Positions 60,856 through 64,000 of a stretch of DNA of 64,000 nt are shown here, one piece after another (position 1 is the first letter of the stretch; every line of letters starts with the position of its first letter). The position numbers were made by a program, and so were the translations under genes. The notes beneath the pieces were generated by a model. The model worked only from the letters and a program-made list of their open reading frames with translations. It was not told where the DNA came from and searched no databases. This DNA is from Actinomycetes bacterium (GTDB taxonomy: Bacteria > Actinomycetota > Actinomycetes > S36-B12 > UBA5976): contig JBAXKB010000001.1 of the NCBI GenBank assembly GCA_037137575.1, positions 17,876-81,875 of the forward strand, read 5' to 3'.

Positions 60856-61403
60856 CAACTCTGCTTCACCTCGAGCCGCACTCGGCCCCTGTAACTCATG
60901 TGACTTCCCGGATTATTTTTACTCTTGCAGTAATTGCGATTATTGGATTGGCCATTTGGGGGATGCGTCGGGCTTGGCTTGGAAAAGCAAAGAAGTTTTC
61001 ACATTTACCTGCGCCAGAATCCACAGTGCCAGCCAATTCGATAGCAGTAACGGACGCATTTGAATCTCGGTTCGCTGGCTCAACCGTAAGCGGTCAGTGG
61101 TTGAATCGAATTACTGTGCATGCACTTGGTACGCCACGAGGCGTAGTCGCTAGTGTGAATAGTGACGGAATATTCATCAAAGATGATGCGGATTTCAGTT
61201 TGTGGCTACCTAAAGCCGATCTAACCGCAGTTCGAACTGGTCGAGGAATTGCCGGCGACGTAGTGGAGCCGCAGGGAATGGTAATCCTGACTTGGACGCT
61301 GGGCGATCAAAGCATAGATACCGGATTGCGAATCAATCGCAACAGCGATCATGAAGAGTTTTTGAAATCAGCACGTGAATTGGTGAATGGAGTGAGTGCA
61401 TGA
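60852..61403 (+). CDS. Conserved pyr-operon membrane protein of unknown function (Rv1382-like position)
   Basis: One N-terminal TM helix ([18 protein letters not shown]) plus a soluble domain. Start and stop overlap pyrC and carA respectively. As I recall, a gene of unknown function occupies the same slot in mycobacterial pyr operons. Confidence 0.45.
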   Translation: MTTLLHLEPHSAPVTHVTSRIIFTLAVIAIIGLAIWGMRRAWLGKAKKFSHLPAPESTVPANSIAVTDAFESRFAGSTVSGQWLNRITVHALGTPRGVVASVNSDGIFIKDDADFSLWLPKADLTAVRTGRGIAGDVVEPQGMVILTWTLGDQSIDTGLRINRNSDHEEFLKSARELVNGVSA

Positions 61404-62515
61404 CATCGGCCGTTTTAGTACTAGAGGATGGTCAGGTTTATTCCGGCCAGTCTTATGGTGCAACAGGTAGCGCATTTGGTGAGGCGGTGTTCTCAACAGG
61501 GATGACCGGTTACCAAGAAACAATCACCGACCCATCGTATTGTGGGCAGGTTGTAGTCCAGACTGCGCCACATATCGGAAACACGGGTTGGAATGACGAA
61601 GACGACGAGTCAGCACAAATTTGGGTTGCCGGCTACGTTGTGCGTGATCCGGCCCGCCGAGTTTCAAACTGGCGCTCAACAAAATCGCTTGACGAAGCTT
61701 TGACTGCCCAGAGCGTTGTTGGCATCAGCGGAATTGATACGCGCGCCTTGACCCGACACTTGCGTGAACAAGGCGCAATGCGTGTTGGAATTTTTAGCGG
61801 CGAACTTGCTAGCGAGCCAATCGAAACGCTGCTGGCAAAAGTGCGCGCCGTTCCGGAAATGGCAGGAGCCAGTTTCTCGCAAACGGTTTCCACAAAGTCT
61901 GCTTATGTTGTGCCGGCAGTTGGGGAAAAGAAGTATCAGGTCGCAGCTCTTGATCTTGGAATCAAGTCAATGACCCCCACGCTTATGGCCCAGCGCGGGA
62001 TTGAAGTACATGTAATGCCTGCTGATTGCGCGATCGAAGAATTCTTAGCGGCTGGGCCTGACGGCGTCTTTATCTCTAATGGCCCTGGTGATCCAGCAAC
62101 TGCGTCGCATGCGATTGAAATTGTGAAAGCAGCGCTTGGTGTTAAGCGTCCACTGTTTGGCATCTGCTTTGGCAATCAGATTCTGGGTCGGGCGCTGGGC
62201 TTTGGCACCTACAAACTTCGTTATGGACATCGCGGAATTAACCAGCCAGTTATGGATCGCACCACTGGCAAAGTGGAAGTAACTGCGCACAACCATGGCT
62301 TTGCTGTTGATGCGCCGATTGATCGCGACAGCACTACTGAATTTGGAACAGTGCGCGTAAGCCATGTTTGTTTGAATGACGATGTTGTCGAAGGGTTGGA
62401 ATGTCTAGATGTTCCAGCATTCAGTGTTCAGTATCACCCTGAAGCTGCCGCGGGTCCGCATGACTCAGCGTATTTATTTGATCGGTTCGTTCAATTGATG
62501 GAGAGTGTTCGCTAA
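61400..62515 (+). CDS. carA: Carbamoyl-phosphate synthase small (glutaminase) subunit
   Basis: [18 protein letters not shown] (catalytic Cys) and HNHGFAV motifs. Confidence 0.94.
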   Translation: MTSAVLVLEDGQVYSGQSYGATGSAFGEAVFSTGMTGYQETITDPSYCGQVVVQTAPHIGNTGWNDEDDESAQIWVAGYVVRDPARRVSNWRSTKSLDEALTAQSVVGISGIDTRALTRHLREQGAMRVGIFSGELASEPIETLLAKVRAVPEMAGASFSQTVSTKSAYVVPAVGEKKYQVAALDLGIKSMTPTLMAQRGIEVHVMPADCAIEEFLAAGPDGVFISNGPGDPATASHAIEIVKAALGVKRPLFGICFGNQILGRALGFGTYKLRYGHRGINQPVMDRTTGKVEVTAHNHGFAVDAPIDRDSTTEFGTVRVSHVCLNDDVVEGLECLDVPAFSVQYHPEAAAGPHDSAYLFDRFVQLMESVR

Positions 62516-64000
62516 TGCCGCGTCGTGAAGACATTAAGTCAGTAATGGTAATTGGCTCTGGGCCAATTGTTATCGGCCAGGCCTGCGAATTCGATTATTC
62601 CGGAACGCAGGCTTGTCGAGTCTTAAAGGCTGAGGGTCTGCGGGTAATTTTGGTTAACAGTAACCCAGCAACCATCATGACTGATCCCGAATTTGCTGAT
62701 GCAACATACATCGAACCAATTACGCCAGAAATTGTAGCCAGCATTATTGAACGCGAGCGTCCAGATGCGTTGCTGCCAACGCTTGGCGGGCAGACTGCGC
62801 TAAATACCGCAATGTCATTGCACGCTAATGGCGTCCTGGATAAATTCAATGTGGAACTAATCGGCGCGAATGTTGAAGCAATTGAACGCGGCGAAAACCG
62901 CGAAATCTTCCGAACTATTGTTGAGCAAATTGGTGGCGAAAGTGCTAACTCGTTTGTTTGTCACACGATGCAGGACTGCCTTGACGGTGTTAAAGAATTG
63001 GGCTACCCAGTTGTTGTTCGTCCGTCGTTCACTATGGGTGGCGCTGGCTCAGGTATTGCCTACAACGAAGAAGATTTACATAGCATCGCTGGTCTTGGAT
63101 TACAGGCAAGTCCAACCACTGAAGTTTTGCTAGAAGAATCAATTATTGGCTGGAAAGAATACGAACTCGAACTTATGCGCGACCATCACGACAATGTTGT
63201 GGTCATTTGTTCCATTGAGAATGTGGACCCAATGGGTGTGCACACTGGCGACTCAATCACTGTCGCCCCGGCCATGACACTTACTGATCGCGAGTACCAA
63301 AAACTTCGCGACCTTGGTATCGACATTATTCGCGCCGTTGGGGTGGACACTGGTGGTTGTAACATCCAGTTCGCAGTAAATCCCGAAGATGGTCGCATCA
63401 TCGTCATCGAGATGAACCCACGAGTTTCTCGCTCTTCAGCACTGGCAAGTAAAGCAACCGGATTCCCGATTGCAAAAATTGCTGCTCGCTTGGCGATTGG
63501 CTACACACTAGATGAAATTCCAAATGACATCACCAAAGAAACACCGGCGTCGTTTGAACCATCACTTGACTATGTCGTAGTCAAAGTGCCACGATTCGCT
63601 TTTGAAAAATTCCCGAATGCAGACCAAACCCTCACAACAACTATGAAATCTGTTGGCGAAGCTATGGCGATTGGTCGTAACTTCACCGAGAGTTTGCAAA
63701 AAGCACTTCGTTCCATTGAGAAGAAAGAAGCAATTTTCGACTGGGCAAGCGAGCCAGCACAGATAGATGTTGCTGACTTGCTTGAGCGCATGAAAGTTCC
63801 ACATGATGGGCGACTTAACCTTGTACAGCAGGCACTTTGGGCGGGATCAACAGTTGAAACTGTGTTCGGCGCAACAAAGATTGACCCATGGTTTCTAGAT
63901 CAGATTGTTTTACTTTGTGAAGTTGCTCGCGAAACAGCAGCTGCTCCAGCTTTGAATCGCGAAGTGTTATTCCACGCAAAACAACATGGTTTCTCAGATA
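62515..64000 (+). CDS. carB: Carbamoyl-phosphate synthase large subunit (3' end beyond the window; absent from the ORF track)
   Basis: ATG 62515 overlaps the carA TAA (TAATG). The translation [33 protein letters not shown] is the canonical CarB N-terminus. The frame stays open to base 64000, with [23 protein letters not shown] at about 63400. Confidence 0.93.
   Translation, partial: MPRREDIKSVMVIGSGPIVIGQACEFDYSGTQACRVLKAEGLRVILVNSNPATIMTDPEFADATYIEPITPEIVASIIERERPDALLPTLGGQTALNTAMSLHANGVLDKFNVELIGANVEAIERGENREIFRTIVEQIGGESANSFVCHTMQDCLDGVKELGYPVVVRPSFTMGGAGSGIAYNEEDLHSIAGLGLQASPTTEVLLEESIIGWKEYELELMRDHHDNVVVICSIENVDPMGVHTGDSITVAPAMTLTDREYQKLRDLGIDIIRAVGVDTGGCNIQFAVNPEDGRIIVIEMNPRVSRSSALASKATGFPIAKIAARLAIGYTLDEIPNDITKETPASFEPSLDYVVVKVPRFAFEKFPNADQTLTTTMKSVGEAMAIGRNFTESLQKALRSIEKKEAIFDWASEPAQIDVADLLERMKVPHDGRLNLVQQALWAGSTVETVFGATKIDPWFLDQIVLLCEVARETAAAPALNREVLFHAKQHGFSD

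Overview
This window is almost entirely conserved core chromosome of an actinobacterium (Actinomycetota). It has moderate GC and is very tightly packed, with about 21 gene junctions sharing ATGA/TAATG/GTGA start-stop overlaps. Gene order matches the Streptomyces/Mycobacterium backbone as I recall it. In order it holds: a 5'-truncated dnaE2 coupled to dinB; a DUF3040 protein and a GH25-like secreted protein; the complete dcw cluster (mraZ-rsmH-ftsL-ftsI-murE-murF-mraY-murD-ftsW-murG-murC-ftsQ-ftsZ) followed by pgeF-yggS-sepF-yggT-divIVA; ileS on the minus strand; a DdbA-like histone-H1/DksA fusion; lspA-rluD-dnaE1; hisDCBH-priA-hisF, one minus-strand DinB/MDMPI-like gene, and hisI; trpE with two trp-associated membrane proteins, an inserted OmpR/HK two-component pair, and trpCBA; mauE-like, dsbA-like, lgt and VIT1; gltBD; pyk; and pyrR-pyrB-pyrC-(membrane protein)-carA-carB, with carB running off the 3' end. 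I found no tRNA or rRNA genes, CRISPR arrays, transposases, integrases, phage genes or recognisable defence systems, and no convincing evidence of a novel multi-gene system. The points most worth a second look are smaller: (1) a translationally coupled dnaE2-dinB translesion module at the window edge; (2) the DdbA-like gene, with near-perfect 54-bp and 24-bp in-frame tandem repeats; (3) a two-component system inserted in the trp operon; (4) regulatory elements read directly from the sequence, namely a TTGACA-16-TAATCT promoter overlapped by three 10-bp-phased GTGG/TGGG MraZ-type boxes, a structured mraZ-rsmH spacer, and a PyrR-binding hairpin overlapping the pyrR Shine-Dalgarno; and (5) an ileS leader with no T-box recognisable by eye. 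All calls come from reading the sequence and remembered family motifs. No searches were run.
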